The position numbers and the translations under genes were made by a program. Of a stretch of DNA of 64,000 nucleotides, positions 1 to 9,938 are shown one piece after another (the stretch's first letter is position 1; each line of letters opens with the position of its first letter). The notes below the pieces were generated by a model. The model saw nothing but the letters and a program-made list of their open reading frames with translations. It ran no database searches and was not told where the DNA came from. Origin of the DNA: Bacillota bacterium (GTDB taxonomy: Bacteria > Bacillota > SHA-98 > UBA4971); assembly GCA_012516125.1 (NCBI GenBank), contig JAAYXB010000027.1:10592-74591 (forward strand), given 5' to 3'.

Positions 1-296
1 ACGTTCATGAGGCCGACCGCGCCGGTTGAAGCGAGCTTCCACATGTTGGGCGTAAGCGCCGGATCGATGTCTTTAAGTGAGAGCGCGTTTACCAGCACGA
101 GGACCACTCGACGGACGGATGGGGCGGCTGCGGCCCACGCCCAGGTCTGTGGCGACCGGACGGGGGCAAGCAGCCCCAAAACCAGGACAAGCGCTGCGAG
201 CTTTGGGCACGTTACAGAGGACGAACGGCGTCCAGACAGGTGTCCAGACATACGGCGCCCAAAGAACCTCCTGGAGAGCCTCCTGGAAGGCCACAT
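1..296 (-). CDS. 5' part of an exported/membrane protein that runs off the left edge
   Basis: Open frame from ATG at 296 (or 251), not in the ORF track: hydrophobic signal-like stretch LAALVLVLGLLA, then VVLVLVNALSLKDIDPALTPNMWKLASTGAVGLMN. Co-oriented with the GT4 gene. Confidence 0.55.
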   Translation of the reverse strand, partial: MWPSRRLSRRFFGRRMSGHLSGRRSSSVTCPKLAALVLVLGLLAPVRSPQTWAWAAAAPSVRRVVLVLVNALSLKDIDPALTPNMWKLASTGAVGLMN

Positions 297-391
297 GCAG
301 GAATTTGGCACGCCTGACACGAAACTTACTTACCTCCTCACCCTGCCCTGCCCTGCCCTGCCACCCTCTACCGTGCTGTACCCTAACTACC

Positions 392-1636
392 CTACGTAAC
401 CTGCGCGCTGGCTTTCTCGCGCTCAGACAGGGCCTCGACGTATACTTCCTGCGTTGCCCGGACCATTCCTTCTACCGAGAACCTCCGATGGGCTTCTGTC
501 CTTGCCCGCTCAGCCATGCGGGCAGCTTCTCGCGGGCGGAGCAGCAAGTCCCGCAGACAAGCCGCGAGCGCGAGATGGTCGCCGGGCGCGGCGAGCCACC
601 CCATCCCGGGACCGACGACTTCCTCTATGCCCGGGGTGCGCGAGGCCACAACCGGGACCCCGGCAGCCATCGCCTCGATGAGCGAGAGCGACATGCCCTC
701 AGAGAGGCTTGGAAGCACGAAGACATCGATGGCCCTGTAGAAGGGCACGATGTCCTCAACGAAGCCCAGGAATCGCACCTGGTCGGACACCCCTAGCGTT
801 TCCGCGAGCGCCTTGAGGTCGCCCCGCGCCGGACCGTCCCCGGCGACGAGGACCTGAGGCCGCAAGCCCCACCTCCGCAGGTAGGCGAGGGCGTGAAGAA
901 GCACTCCGACGCCCTTATCCGGAATCAGCCGCGCGACTGTGCCGACCAGGACTGTGTCCGGCTGATACCCAAGAATGCTCCGCGCTTGCGCGACCCTTTC
1001 GGGAGTTCGCGACCACCCGTCCCTGTCGCCTGCGAAGCGCTCGAGTGCCACGCCGTTTGGCACATGCCTGACTTTATCAGGCCCGAGCCCCGGGATGGAC
1101 GAGTATTCGTCCCAGAGTGCTCGCGACACTGCGATGACGCGGTCCGTGACGCGCGCAAGCGCTCGCTCGAGGTAGCGGCAGAGATGTCCTTTCGGGGTGC
1201 CCCGAGTCCTTGCCAGGACGGAATTGTGGACCGTGTAGACGACGGCGGGCCTCCCTTCGCGCCCGGATGTCTGCGTACGGCCTGTCCAGCGGGGGAAATC
1301 AGAGGTTCGCTTCAGGAAACGCGCGGCCGCTCGACCGAGGGCTGCTGCCTTGAACCCATGGAGGTGGCATATGTCAGGCTGGACCCGGCGGATGAGGCGG
1401 GCGAGCGCAAGCGTCTGAGCCACATCCCTATGGGGAGCCAGATCGCCTGGTATGGCGACAAGTTCGTGCTTCCCGCAGCACCGTTCGACGCACTCCACAA
1501 TGCGGGCGTCCTCGGGCGACGCCACGACCACCTCGAACCTGTCGCGGTCGAGGCGCTCCACCAGGCTAGTGAGGTGTGTCCTCATGCCGCCTTCTGAAGG
1601 CCTTATCACATGGAGAACCCGAATCCTTTCCGCCAA
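392..1636 (-). CDS. Glycosyltransferase family 4 (GT-B fold)
   Basis: N-terminal RVLHVI..GG, ARLIPDKG, and DVFVLPSLSEGMSLSLIEAMAAGVPVV (E-x7-E) motif. Confidence 0.92.
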   Translation of the reverse strand: MAERIRVLHVIRPSEGGMRTHLTSLVERLDRDRFEVVVASPEDARIVECVERCCGKHELVAIPGDLAPHRDVAQTLALARLIRRVQPDICHLHGFKAAALGRAAARFLKRTSDFPRWTGRTQTSGREGRPAVVYTVHNSVLARTRGTPKGHLCRYLERALARVTDRVIAVSRALWDEYSSIPGLGPDKVRHVPNGVALERFAGDRDGWSRTPERVAQARSILGYQPDTVLVGTVARLIPDKGVGVLLHALAYLRRWGLRPQVLVAGDGPARGDLKALAETLGVSDQVRFLGFVEDIVPFYRAIDVFVLPSLSEGMSLSLIEAMAAGVPVVASRTPGIEEVVGPGMGWLAAPGDHLALAACLRDLLLRPREAARMAERARTEAHRRFSVEGMVRATQEVYVEALSEREKASAQVT

Positions 1637-1827
1637 CTTTACAGCACCTCGGCGCCTGTGCGGCTTTCTGGCTACGGTCCCCGCCGCGTTTCACTGCAGC
1701 CTCACTCAAGGGCAAGGACGTGCATGGCGAACCGAATGTTCTCCTCTTCTCCCGTGCTCCCCGCTTCTTTCGCGCCTGCCTGGCTCTCTTGGCTCTTAGC
1801 TTGTGCGCATGCCTGCGCCGGTATGCC

Positions 1828-1945
1828 TCCACCTGCCCCGGGCTCCGCAGGCTGAGTCTTGTCAAGGCGCCCCGTTTGGGGCGCCGTCCCCGAGTGGAAC
1901 GCCCGCAACGTTTCCCGAAAGTCGCATTTCTGCGCCCTTACTTGG
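1828..1945 (+). repeat. Partial copy (internal part and right end) of a dispersed MITE-like repeat
   Basis: CCACCTGCCC...TGGGGCGCCGTCCCCGAGTG is shared with ~39140-39200. TTTCTGCGCCCTTACTTGG resembles the right end TTTCTGCACCCTCACTTAG at ~45950-45968. Confidence 0.6.
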
Positions 1946-2163
1946 AGTTGCCAAGGCTCGAACTTCCAAGAGGCACACTCGCTCGGTGGCATGGCGTCCA
2001 GGTAAACGCGGCGTGGGCAAAGGCAATGTTCTAAGTGTGCCCCGAAACTCGCGCGCGACTCCGGCGACGGCAGGCTCATGCCGTAAATTCGCAGCTGGGC
2101 GGCGTACCAATTGTCCCATAGGCCACGGGCGGTTTTGGAGCAGACTTCTAGTTTGGCGCCTGG

Positions 2164-3441
2164 CTACCTATGGCGTGGCGCGCCCGGCACGCCCGCCGCG
2201 ACGAATGGCTCGAGAGCCCTTTCGAGGATACCGTGGAGATAGGCGATGAGCACGCCGTAGTTGACTACAGGCACCCCTGCGGCCCTCACTCGGGCGATCC
2301 TATGCAGCATCTCCTTTCTGTTGATCATGCATCCTCCGCAATGCACCACCAGGTCAAAGCTTGCGAGGTCGTCCGGAAACCCCATGCCGGCAGCCCAGGA
2401 GAAGTTGAGCTTGCCGCCGACCTTTCGCTCGAGCCATGTCGGGATCTTGACCCTGCCGATATCGTCGCCGATCGGGTGATGAGTGCAGGCCTCGGCGATG
2501 AGGATCCTTGACCCAGGCTCGAGGCGCGCGACATGGCGCGCGCCCTCGACGAGCGTGGCGAGGTCGCCCTTGTGGCGCGCGAAGAGGATGGAGAATGAGG
2601 TAAGCGGGATGTTGCTCGGGACCTGCTCTGATACGATCCCGAACGCCTGCGAGTCGGTCACGACGAGCGCCGGGCAAGCCTTGAGGTTTTCGATGGCGGC
2701 GCGGACCACGTTCTCCTTCACGACGATCGCCCGGGCGTCATGGTCGAGGAGGTCTCGCAGCGTCTGGACCTGCGGGAGGATGAGCCTGCCCTTGGGGGCC
2801 TCGATATCTACAGGCACCACGAGGACCACCGTGTCCCCGGGAGCCACGAGGTCCCCGATTATGGGTGGACCCTCCCAGTCCTTCGGGGCCTCCTCGATGA
2901 TGCGCTCCTTGAGCGCACCTATCCCCTCTCCTGTTCTCGAGCTTACCGGGACGAAGCTGATTCCGAGTTCCCTGCCCCAGAGATCGAGCTCCGCCCTCTC
3001 CTGAATAGTGCCCTGGATAGTGCCCTGGTGAGTGGCGGCCTGGCCAACAAGGTCCATCTTGTTGGCCACCCCGATCACCGGGAGGCCGCGCTCACGTATC
3101 TCGGCAACGATGGAGCGCTCGTACTCCCCGATACCGCGCGTCGCATCGGCCACCACGATGGCAAGGTCTGATTTCGCCAGCACCTGCCTGGTCCTCTGTA
3201 CCCGGAGCTCGCCGAGTTCCCCGGTGTCGTCTATCCCGGCAGTGTCGATGATGACCACGGGTCCGACCGGGAGGATCTCCATGGCTTTGTACACGGGGTC
3301 GGTGGTGGTGCCGGGGACGTCGGAGACGAGGGCGATGTCCTGGTTCGTGAGAGCGTTTATGAGACTCGACTTCCCCGCGTTCCGACGGCCGAATATCGCT
3401 ATATGCAGCCTGTTGCTGCGAGGAGTTGACTGCACGCGCAC
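2164..3441 (-). CDS. hydF: [FeFe]-hydrogenase H-cluster maturation GTPase HydF
   Basis: GRRNAGKSS P-loop, DTAG and NKMD motifs, EACTHH...HCGGC cluster-binding motif; adjacent to hydG. Confidence 0.97.
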   Translation of the reverse strand: MRVQSTPRSNRLHIAIFGRRNAGKSSLINALTNQDIALVSDVPGTTTDPVYKAMEILPVGPVVIIDTAGIDDTGELGELRVQRTRQVLAKSDLAIVVADATRGIGEYERSIVAEIRERGLPVIGVANKMDLVGQAATHQGTIQGTIQERAELDLWGRELGISFVPVSSRTGEGIGALKERIIEEAPKDWEGPPIIGDLVAPGDTVVLVVPVDIEAPKGRLILPQVQTLRDLLDHDARAIVVKENVVRAAIENLKACPALVVTDSQAFGIVSEQVPSNIPLTSFSILFARHKGDLATLVEGARHVARLEPGSRILIAEACTHHPIGDDIGRVKIPTWLERKVGGKLNFSWAAGMGFPDDLASFDLVVHCGGCMINRKEMLHRIARVRAAGVPVVNYGVLIAYLHGILERALEPFVAAGVPGAPRHR

Positions 3442-3501
3442 CCCTCCCTCGGATTTGCGTATGATGCCCCGGTGCTGCCCGCATCCGGGGGTAGCGCCCC
3501 A

Positions 3502-4986
3502 TCAGAAGTAGAGGTCGCGCTCGCCGCGCTCCAGTCTGGCTAGGCGCGCCACGGTCTCCTGCCGGACTTTCGGCGACGGGATCATCTCAAGATGCTGTCT
3601 TATAGCCTGCTCTCCAGCCCGCCTGGTCTCGTCCGACGCGTAGTCAAGGAGATACTCCTTGAATGTCAGGATAGCGTTAGGCTGGCAGAGGTTCTGGATC
3701 TCGCCGGTCTTGGCGAACTGCATGAACCTGTCCCCGGTGCGGCCTTTCCTGTAGCAGGCCGTGCAGTAGCTCGGGATGTAACCTGAGCGGGCAAGGCTTG
3801 CGATGATCTCGTCCGGGCTTCGGTGGTCGTCCACGGCGAACTGGGCGCTGTCGTCGCTCTCGTCCGTGGTTGTGGCTGCGGCCGTATCGGCGGCCGCATT
3901 CGCGGCGCCCGTGCTCCCGCCGCAAGGCGCTCCGTCCCCGCCGCCAGGGCTCTCCTTCCTGTAGCCACCAACGCCTGTTCGCGACCCTGCGCTGATTTGG
4001 GAGATGCCCACGGCGAAAACCTCATCGCGGAACCCCGGCCGCTCACGGGTCGAGAGGATCATCCCGGTATACGGAACGGCCAGGCGCAGGATTGCGACAA
4101 GTTTCTTGAAGTCCCTGTCGCTCACGAGGTGCGGGAACCTTGCGAGCGTAACCCCGCGTGCTGGCCTCAACCTTGGGACTGATATGGTGTGGGGGCCCAC
4201 GCCGAACGTGGTATCGAGGTGGATCGCGTGGTAGAGCAAGCCGAGGACCTCGAACTTGTAGTCATACAGGCCGAAGAGGACGCCGATACCCACGTCATCA
4301 AGCCCCGCCTCCATGGCCCGGTCCATGGCGCCGAGGTGCCAGTCGTAGTCGGCCTTTGGACCGGACGGGTGCATTGCCGCGTAGGTCGGCCGGTGGTAGG
4401 TTTCCTGAAAGAGTACATATGTGCCGATCTTCGCGGCTTTGAGACGCTTGTAATCTTCTACGGTGGTGGCCGCGATGTTCACGTTGACGCGGCGGATGCT
4501 CCCATTGCCCACTTTCGTCTCGTAGATGGTCTCGATGACCTCTTCGATGTAGTCCGTGGGGCAGTTTACCGGGTCTTCGCCACACTCGAGCGCCAGGCGC
4601 TTGTGTCCCATAGACTCAAGTACTTTGACTTCCTCAACGATCTCCTCCTTCGTGAGCCTGCGGCGGACGAAATCGTTGTCGCGTCGGTAGCCGCAGTACA
4701 CGCAGTTGTTTACACAAAAGTTGGAGAAATAGAGCGGCGCGAAAAGCACCAGGCGTTTGCCGTATATCCTCTCCTTGACCTCGTGCGCGGTTTCGTAGAG
4801 CACGGCGAGGGAATCTTCATTCGTGACGTGGAGGAGCCTTGCCACCTCGCGCGGGGAAATGCCCCTGGCCTCGCGCGCTTTGTCCGCGATATCCTGCACC
4901 TCACGAATATCGGGCTCGGTCGCGTCCTCGAGGAGACGCTCGATCTCCTCGTGGGGGATGAAATCACACGTCGCCCTTGCCACCAT
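3502..4986 (-). CDS. hydG: [FeFe]-hydrogenase radical SAM maturase HydG
   Basis: CVNNCVYC radical SAM motif and C-terminal CTACYR...C motif. ATG at 4986 follows a GGAGGTG RBS. Confidence 0.97.
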   Translation of the reverse strand: MVARATCDFIPHEEIERLLEDATEPDIREVQDIADKAREARGISPREVARLLHVTNEDSLAVLYETAHEVKERIYGKRLVLFAPLYFSNFCVNNCVYCGYRRDNDFVRRRLTKEEIVEEVKVLESMGHKRLALECGEDPVNCPTDYIEEVIETIYETKVGNGSIRRVNVNIAATTVEDYKRLKAAKIGTYVLFQETYHRPTYAAMHPSGPKADYDWHLGAMDRAMEAGLDDVGIGVLFGLYDYKFEVLGLLYHAIHLDTTFGVGPHTISVPRLRPARGVTLARFPHLVSDRDFKKLVAILRLAVPYTGMILSTRERPGFRDEVFAVGISQISAGSRTGVGGYRKESPGGGDGAPCGGSTGAANAAADTAAATTTDESDDSAQFAVDDHRSPDEIIASLARSGYIPSYCTACYRKGRTGDRFMQFAKTGEIQNLCQPNAILTFKEYLLDYASDETRRAGEQAIRQHLEMIPSPKVRQETVARLARLERGERDLYF

Positions 4987-5301
4987 GAGATAATCACCTC
5001 CGGCCTTGTCTATCGACAGAATGTGCCGCACGACGCACCGGACGCAGCGACCGCGCGCGGCGGACCTCAAGCTGAGAGTAACTAGCCTACGGCAACCGGG
5101 GTTCTAGCAGCTTCTAACTTGTCAGGAAGCCGGTCTAAGCCCGTAAATTCGGGCCTGGCCACCGGGCCGCTTTCCCTCTCGCGGACTACCCCCGGACCGT
5201 ATGCGGCAGTCCGGGTGCCGTACCCCCCTCCCTACCTTGTCCGGCAGTCAGCACAACCGCTGCCCCATCGCGGCGGCCCCAGCCCCTCGTTGTCCTCCGG
5301 T

Positions 5302-6450
5302 TCAATGCGCCGAAGTATGGGCAACCCGGGTGGCCCTGGCCCACTCGGGCTTCGGACTGTGGCCGCAAGTGTCGGAAACCGGTCTGCCGAGACTCGAGAG
5401 CATGGTTCGAATCTCCGCGATTCCACCGTCCTCTGGCGCGCGAAGCGCGATGCTCCCCGGATATATCTCGTAAAGACGCCGAAATTCCAGCGGAGTGACG
5501 TTGGGCATGATCACATTGGCGCCACATGAGAGCCCCATGCGTCTTGCGTCCGGGTGCAGGGTAGCGAGAGCCGTCGTCGCAGGAAGGTGCGCGAGAGGCA
5601 GCGCAAGCCTGGCTACGGCGAGAGCCTTCAGGGACATGGCGAGGTCTCCTGGCGGACACGAAGCGAGCGGCGTATCTGGATGGGGTATGAACGGGCCGAT
5701 CCCCGCCATCTCCACATCAAGCGCGCGAAGCAGCACGACGTCCTTCGCGATTGTGCGCACGGTCTGGCCGGGGAGGCCGACTATGTTCCCCGACCCCACC
5801 TGGAACCCAAGGTCGCGAAGGTGCGCCAGACACTCAAGGCGGCCGTCGAGGGTCATGCCGGGATGGAGCCTCCTGTAAAGGTCGGGATCGGCGGTCTCAT
5901 GCTTGAGTAGAAACCTGTCGGCCCCGGCCTGCCTCATGACCGCGTACTCTTTCCGCGAACGTTCGCCCACGGAAAGCGTCACCGCCACAGCGGCGGTCCG
6001 CTTGATCCTCTCGACCATCCGCGCGATGTCATCGGCGCGGTAGTGGAAATCGTCGCCGGACTGCAGCACGATAGTCCTGTAGCCTGCCGCTGCAGCTTTT
6101 GCTGCGACTTTCAGGATCTCGTCGATGCTCATCCGGTAGCGGGCGAGCTTTCTGTTGTCGCGCCGAAGGCCGCAATAGAGACAGTCCCGCACGCAGTAGT
6201 TGGAAAACTCGATGATTCCACGAAGGTGGACGGCATTCCCCATGAAACGCTTCCGAACCTTATCTGCAAGGGCGAAGAGGGTTTGCTGCTCCTGCGGGCC
6301 CGCGTCGAGGAGGGCGACGATGTCGTCCTCTGTCAGTTCCGCGCCCAGAACCGGACTTGTAACCGCCCTGACCCCCCGTGCCTCGGGACAATCAGGCCCC
6401 AGGGCGTCCTGGATCTTCTTGACTGCGCTTGCGAAGTTGTGTTCGGTCAT
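5302..6450 (-). CDS. hydE: [FeFe]-hydrogenase radical SAM maturase HydE
   Basis: RGIIEFSNYCVRDCLYCG, GIGPFIPHPDTPL, GANVIMPN and YEIYPG. Start MTEHNF follows a GAGGAG RBS. Confidence 0.93.
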   Translation of the reverse strand: MTEHNFASAVKKIQDALGPDCPEARGVRAVTSPVLGAELTEDDIVALLDAGPQEQQTLFALADKVRKRFMGNAVHLRGIIEFSNYCVRDCLYCGLRRDNRKLARYRMSIDEILKVAAKAAAAGYRTIVLQSGDDFHYRADDIARMVERIKRTAAVAVTLSVGERSRKEYAVMRQAGADRFLLKHETADPDLYRRLHPGMTLDGRLECLAHLRDLGFQVGSGNIVGLPGQTVRTIAKDVVLLRALDVEMAGIGPFIPHPDTPLASCPPGDLAMSLKALAVARLALPLAHLPATTALATLHPDARRMGLSCGANVIMPNVTPLEFRRLYEIYPGSIALRAPEDGGIAEIRTMLSSLGRPVSDTCGHSPKPEWARATRVAHTSAH

Positions 6451-6590
6451 CCGCGGCCCTCTCCTCTCGTGCCTCTCACCGGGGACAGTCGATATCATGG
6501 AATGGAGCCGGTGCACCTGTTTCGGCGGCGCCAGATAGAATGCCGTCGCATATAGGGTCCCGTCGCGTACAGAGTACCGCCGCATATGAA

Positions 6591-6619
6591 GAGCCCGCCT
6601 CCCTGTTGGAGACGGGCTC
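6591..6619 (-). terminator. Terminator/attenuator-like hairpin in the hydE leader
   Basis: Minus strand GAGCCCGTCTCC-aacag-GGAGGCGGGCTC followed by a short TTCAT tail. Confidence 0.5.
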
Positions 6620-6807
6620 TCGAGATCGAGCACATTGTCGCGTGGCAAGTGCCGACACTCAGGCGCCTCCCCTTGCACTCAGGCAAACCCCTCCACTCAG
6701 GGACGGCGAAAACCTCTTTAATTGGCTCCCGGCGCACCGCCGCGCCCTCCGGCCCGGGCCCGACTTCCATGTTCTGACAGGCGCCCCGGCCGTCAGGATT
6801 CAGGCGA

Positions 6808-6825
6808 TTGTGCGTCCTTTCACAT
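6808..6825. promoter_or_regulatory. Putative Rex operator near the hydEGF transcription start
   Basis: Minus strand ATGTGAAAGGACGCACAA matches 11 of 14 informative positions of the Rex consensus TTGTGAAnnnnTTCACAA; it lies just downstream of the -10. Confidence 0.5.
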
Positions 6826-6827
6826 GT

Positions 6828-6856
6828 ATTCTATTAAACATCCGCGAGGAGATCAA
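6828..6856 (-). promoter_or_regulatory. Sigma-A-type promoter for hydEGF
   Basis: TTGATC-N17-TAGAAT on the minus strand. Confidence 0.6.
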
Positions 6857-6925
6857 CCACCTGGGCCACAAATCGCGCCGATGACAAGGGGCCGTGAGCC
6901 TGGCAAACCGGGTGAGTCGGGTCGG

Positions 6926-7735
6926 CTACCCCAACAACCACGACGCCAGGCCTACGGCTACCCCGGCCGTCGCCACGATAGTGCCGACTATCCACCGGGC
7001 GGTGCTGTGTAACTCCCTGTGCAGCGCATCAATCTTAGCATCAAGCACGTCAAACTTCCTATCGACGGCAGCAAAGCGGTCATCTGTCTTCTTTTCCGCC
7101 GTAGCAAAGCGATCATTTGTCTTCTTTTCGGCCACGGCGAAGCTATCATCTATCTTCTTCTCCAACGCGGTGAAGCGGTCGTCTGTCTTCTTCTCTGCCG
7201 CAGTGAAGCGGTCATCCGTTTTCTTTTCGAACCCGGTGAAGCGGTCATCTACCTTCTTCTCTGCTGCAGCGAAACGGTCATCCATCTTCTTTTCGAACAC
7301 GGTGAAGTGATCGTGTGTCTTCTTCTCTGTCGCAGCGAAGCGCTCATCCATCTTCCTTTCGAACTCGGTGAAGCGATCATCCGTCTTCTTCTCTGCTGCA
7401 GCGAAACGGTCGTCCATCTCTTGGTGTAGACGGTCAAACCGCCTGTCGACCGCAGAAAAGCGATCTTCCATCTCTTGGTGCAGGCGATCAAACCTGCCGT
7501 CGAGTGCTGCAAGGCGGGTATCCATCTTCGTGTCCGCTGCAATGAAACGATGATTCATCTCCTGGCGCAGCTCGTCGCTCCTGGTATCGATTTTCTCGTG
7601 GAGCCTCTCGACCTTGTCGTCGAGCTTGCCCAGCTGTTGCATGATCATGTTGAAGGGGTCGAAGGACGCCCGAAAGAACATCCCTTGTTCCTCGCTCCCT
7701 GCAGCCGGTTGCTTTCTGGTTTCGCTCTCGGCCAC
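6926..7735 (-). CDS. Membrane-anchored coiled-coil protein with hendecad repeats (DUF1640/CCDC90-like)
   Basis: About 10 copies of an 11-aa repeat (DDRFAAAEKKT), two 18-aa repeats, and a C-terminal TM helix WIVGTIVATAGVAVGLASWLLG. GTG start follows GAGGAGG. Confidence 0.85.
   Translation of the reverse strand: MAESETRKQPAAGSEEQGMFFRASFDPFNMIMQQLGKLDDKVERLHEKIDTRSDELRQEMNHRFIAADTKMDTRLAALDGRFDRLHQEMEDRFSAVDRRFDRLHQEMDDRFAAAEKKTDDRFTEFERKMDERFAATEKKTHDHFTVFEKKMDDRFAAAEKKVDDRFTGFEKKTDDRFTAAEKKTDDRFTALEKKIDDSFAVAEKKTNDRFATAEKKTDDRFAAVDRKFDVLDAKIDALHRELHSTARWIVGTIVATAGVAVGLASWLLG
7060..7500. repeat. 33-bp (and 54-bp) intragenic tandem repeat
   Basis: Recurrent AAGCGGTCATCxGTCTTCTTxTC at 33-nt period. 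Confidence 0.9.
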
Positions 7736-7829
7736 GATCAAGTCGCCCCCCTCCTCTACCCAGATGTTACCACGAGTACGTGCCTGGCGCAATCCCTGGG
7801 ACCGAGAATCATCCTTTTAGGGGAACTCC

Positions 7830-8372
7830 TTGGAGGCGCCCCTGAGCAGGCGGGTTCTTCGGGTTCCGGGGGCTCACGCTTTCGCATATGCTGGTACAGG
7901 ATGGGGGTGGACAGGGGTGCTGGGCCGGCTTGCAAGACTCATGAAGCAGCCTATCGGCTGGGCCGGCAAGGCCGTCCTCAGACGGCGCAGGTCTCGGGAC
8001 CGTTCCCTCCACACGGTCCAGATCGCCGAGCCTGTCCACGTGACGAGGAGACAGGGACCGGTGGTTGGGCGTCCCCTGGGGACGGACGGCACGCCGGAAG
8101 CTGCCTACTTGAAGCCGGGCAGAGAAAGGCTATGTGGCCCGGTCACGCTTGACGAGGTGGGCGTGGCCCTGGGCGAGCTGAACATGTCAATGCGCCGGTG
8201 GTTCACGTCCAGCCTCCCACACGAGGTCTCCGTGTTCATTCCCCACGCCGAGGTGCGCATCCGCAAGAGCCGCGGCGTACAGGAAACCGAGTTGGTGCTC
8301 GAGAGCATCACCATTGTGCACTCGCCGCGTCCGCCAGTGAGACCTAGAGAAACACCCGGGCAGCGTGAGTAG
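7830..8372 (+). pseudogene. Hypothetical protein, probably a degenerate gene; a paralogous fragment lies at 14160-14386
   Basis: GWTGVLGRLARLMKQPIGWAGKAV is matched by GWTWLLDRLARLIKQPIGWAGDAV in the second copy, with synonymous third-position changes. Confidence 0.45.
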
Positions 8373-8508
8373 GCGATAAGCCCCCCGGCGGGGGACACGG
8401 CTCTTTGACAGCCTCCCTCGGCAGCTGTGAACTCCCGAATGTATGGCAAGGTCTTACATCTTACAGCACAGGCGCAGACGTCATCGACAACGCATGTCGC
8501 TGTTCACA

Positions 8509-9729
8509 TCAGAACTTGTACGCAGCCTGGGCCTTCAGCATCACGTTAGGCGTGCTGAAGGACGCACCGGGGATGGCTCCACCGGTGAACTCAGCGCCTG
8601 GTCTTCCTGCAAGGGCAGTCGCTGACAACGAGAGTGTCCAGCGGTTGCCGAGAAGGATGGTTGTACCTGCGGTCAGGACGGCGCTGCGATCCACGAGGTT
8701 CGCGAGCACAGAGCCCAAAACGGATGAGAACTCGTCGTGCTGATATGTTAGCTGGGTGAAGACATAGTGGCGAGCCGCGTAGGCACGGTCGCCTGCGAAC
8801 CGCGATGTGGAAATGCAGGAGTCCTGCGTTTCAGCACCGCGCGAGTTGTAGAAGTACTCTCCGGCCCAGACGACCTTCCCGCCGCCCCAGCTGCGATCGG
8901 CGCCCAGCACCACTTCTACCCACGGGTTCGACCCGTCGTGCGACGCATGGTGAGCGACCTCCGCATGCCACCCGAGCGCGAGGTCTCCGACCGCGAGATC
9001 GCCCTTGGCGTCAACCCCTACCATGGTCGTACCCGTATCTCTCACAGCCGCGAGAGACCAGTCGGTGCCGCCATAGTTTGCGTGATACCTCGCTCCGCAC
9101 TGCCACGCGGCGCGGCCGCCCTGCTGCGTCGAGCTGCGCTCGTTCCGGGCCGCGACGAGGCTTAAGTAAGCCAGGGGTCCGGCGGGGACCCTGATGACGG
9201 CCGCCTCCACGGCCGGGCGCAAGCCGTCAGGACCTAGCGCGTTCGGTGGGTTGAAAACGTCCGTGGGGGACCAGGCGTATCCTACGCCCCAGGTAATCTG
9301 TTGTTTTCCGAGGCTGAGGTCGGCCCACGGCAGGAAGATCTTGAGGTATGCCCGCTCCAACTCGGTCGTGACGGTCCAGTCGCCGTCAGTTCCAGGCACG
9401 CGGCCGAGCGTCGTCCCCACATCCGCGTAAAGTTTCCAGGGATAGTCCCCGAGCTGCAACTTCAATCTGAGCACGGACTCCACCGAACCCGACCACGAGC
9501 CCTGCGTCTGGGCAGCGTATACACCTGTTTGCCATTCGCCGCCCACCTGAAGCGCGGGTAGCGTGGCCGCATCCATTGTGGACTGGGCGGCCGTCGTCCC
9601 ACACGAAAGCATAAACGCGGCGGCAAGACAAAGAGAGACCGCGGCCGCAGGACAACGCACAGCCGTGTGTAGGGGCGAGACCCCCCGCCCGGTTGACTTG
9701 CGCACAGCATACCGTTTCGTCGTTCTCAT
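8509..9729 (-). CDS. Putative outer-membrane beta-barrel protein
   Basis: Signal peptide, GKQQITWGVG..WSPTDVFNP segment, amphipathic strands, and C-terminus LKAQAAYKF ending in Phe. Confidence 0.65.
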   Translation of the reverse strand: MRTTKRYAVRKSTGRGVSPLHTAVRCPAAAVSLCLAAAFMLSCGTTAAQSTMDAATLPALQVGGEWQTGVYAAQTQGSWSGSVESVLRLKLQLGDYPWKLYADVGTTLGRVPGTDGDWTVTTELERAYLKIFLPWADLSLGKQQITWGVGYAWSPTDVFNPPNALGPDGLRPAVEAAVIRVPAGPLAYLSLVAARNERSSTQQGGRAAWQCGARYHANYGGTDWSLAAVRDTGTTMVGVDAKGDLAVGDLALGWHAEVAHHASHDGSNPWVEVVLGADRSWGGGKVVWAGEYFYNSRGAETQDSCISTSRFAGDRAYAARHYVFTQLTYQHDEFSSVLGSVLANLVDRSAVLTAGTTILLGNRWTLSLSATALAGRPGAEFTGGAIPGASFSTPNVMLKAQAAYKF

Positions 9730-9938
9730 AGTATCACCTACCACCCTCGGTCGCGCTTTGTCATGGCCACACGTTGGGCAGAGCCGCGAGACTGACCAAG
9801 GCCTCCGTGGACCGGTCCGATGTCACATGCGCGGACTCGCGCACGACCATCCGGGATGGTCGGACCGGGGGCAGGCATGGGCGCTCTGCCGGCAGGCGGC
9901 CCCTCCCATATGCCTGCGCCACCGCGGCTGCCGGCGAA

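Noticed and set aside
5085-5172. CCGGTCTAAG...CCGGGCCGC resembling the 3' half of a c-di-GMP-I riboswitch
   Set aside because: It is antisense to the hyd genes and lacks the GGCAAAC..GAAA..GACGCAAA half.
6656-6720. CTCAGGCAAA (glycine-like) and GGCAAACC..GGGACG (c-di-GMP-like) motifs
   Set aside because: They are on the wrong strand for hydE and other conserved core elements are missing; reported instead as an unclassified leader.
7060-7500. 33-bp periodic repeat as a CRISPR array
   Set aside because: No unique spacers, in-frame coding repeat, and no cas genes in the window.
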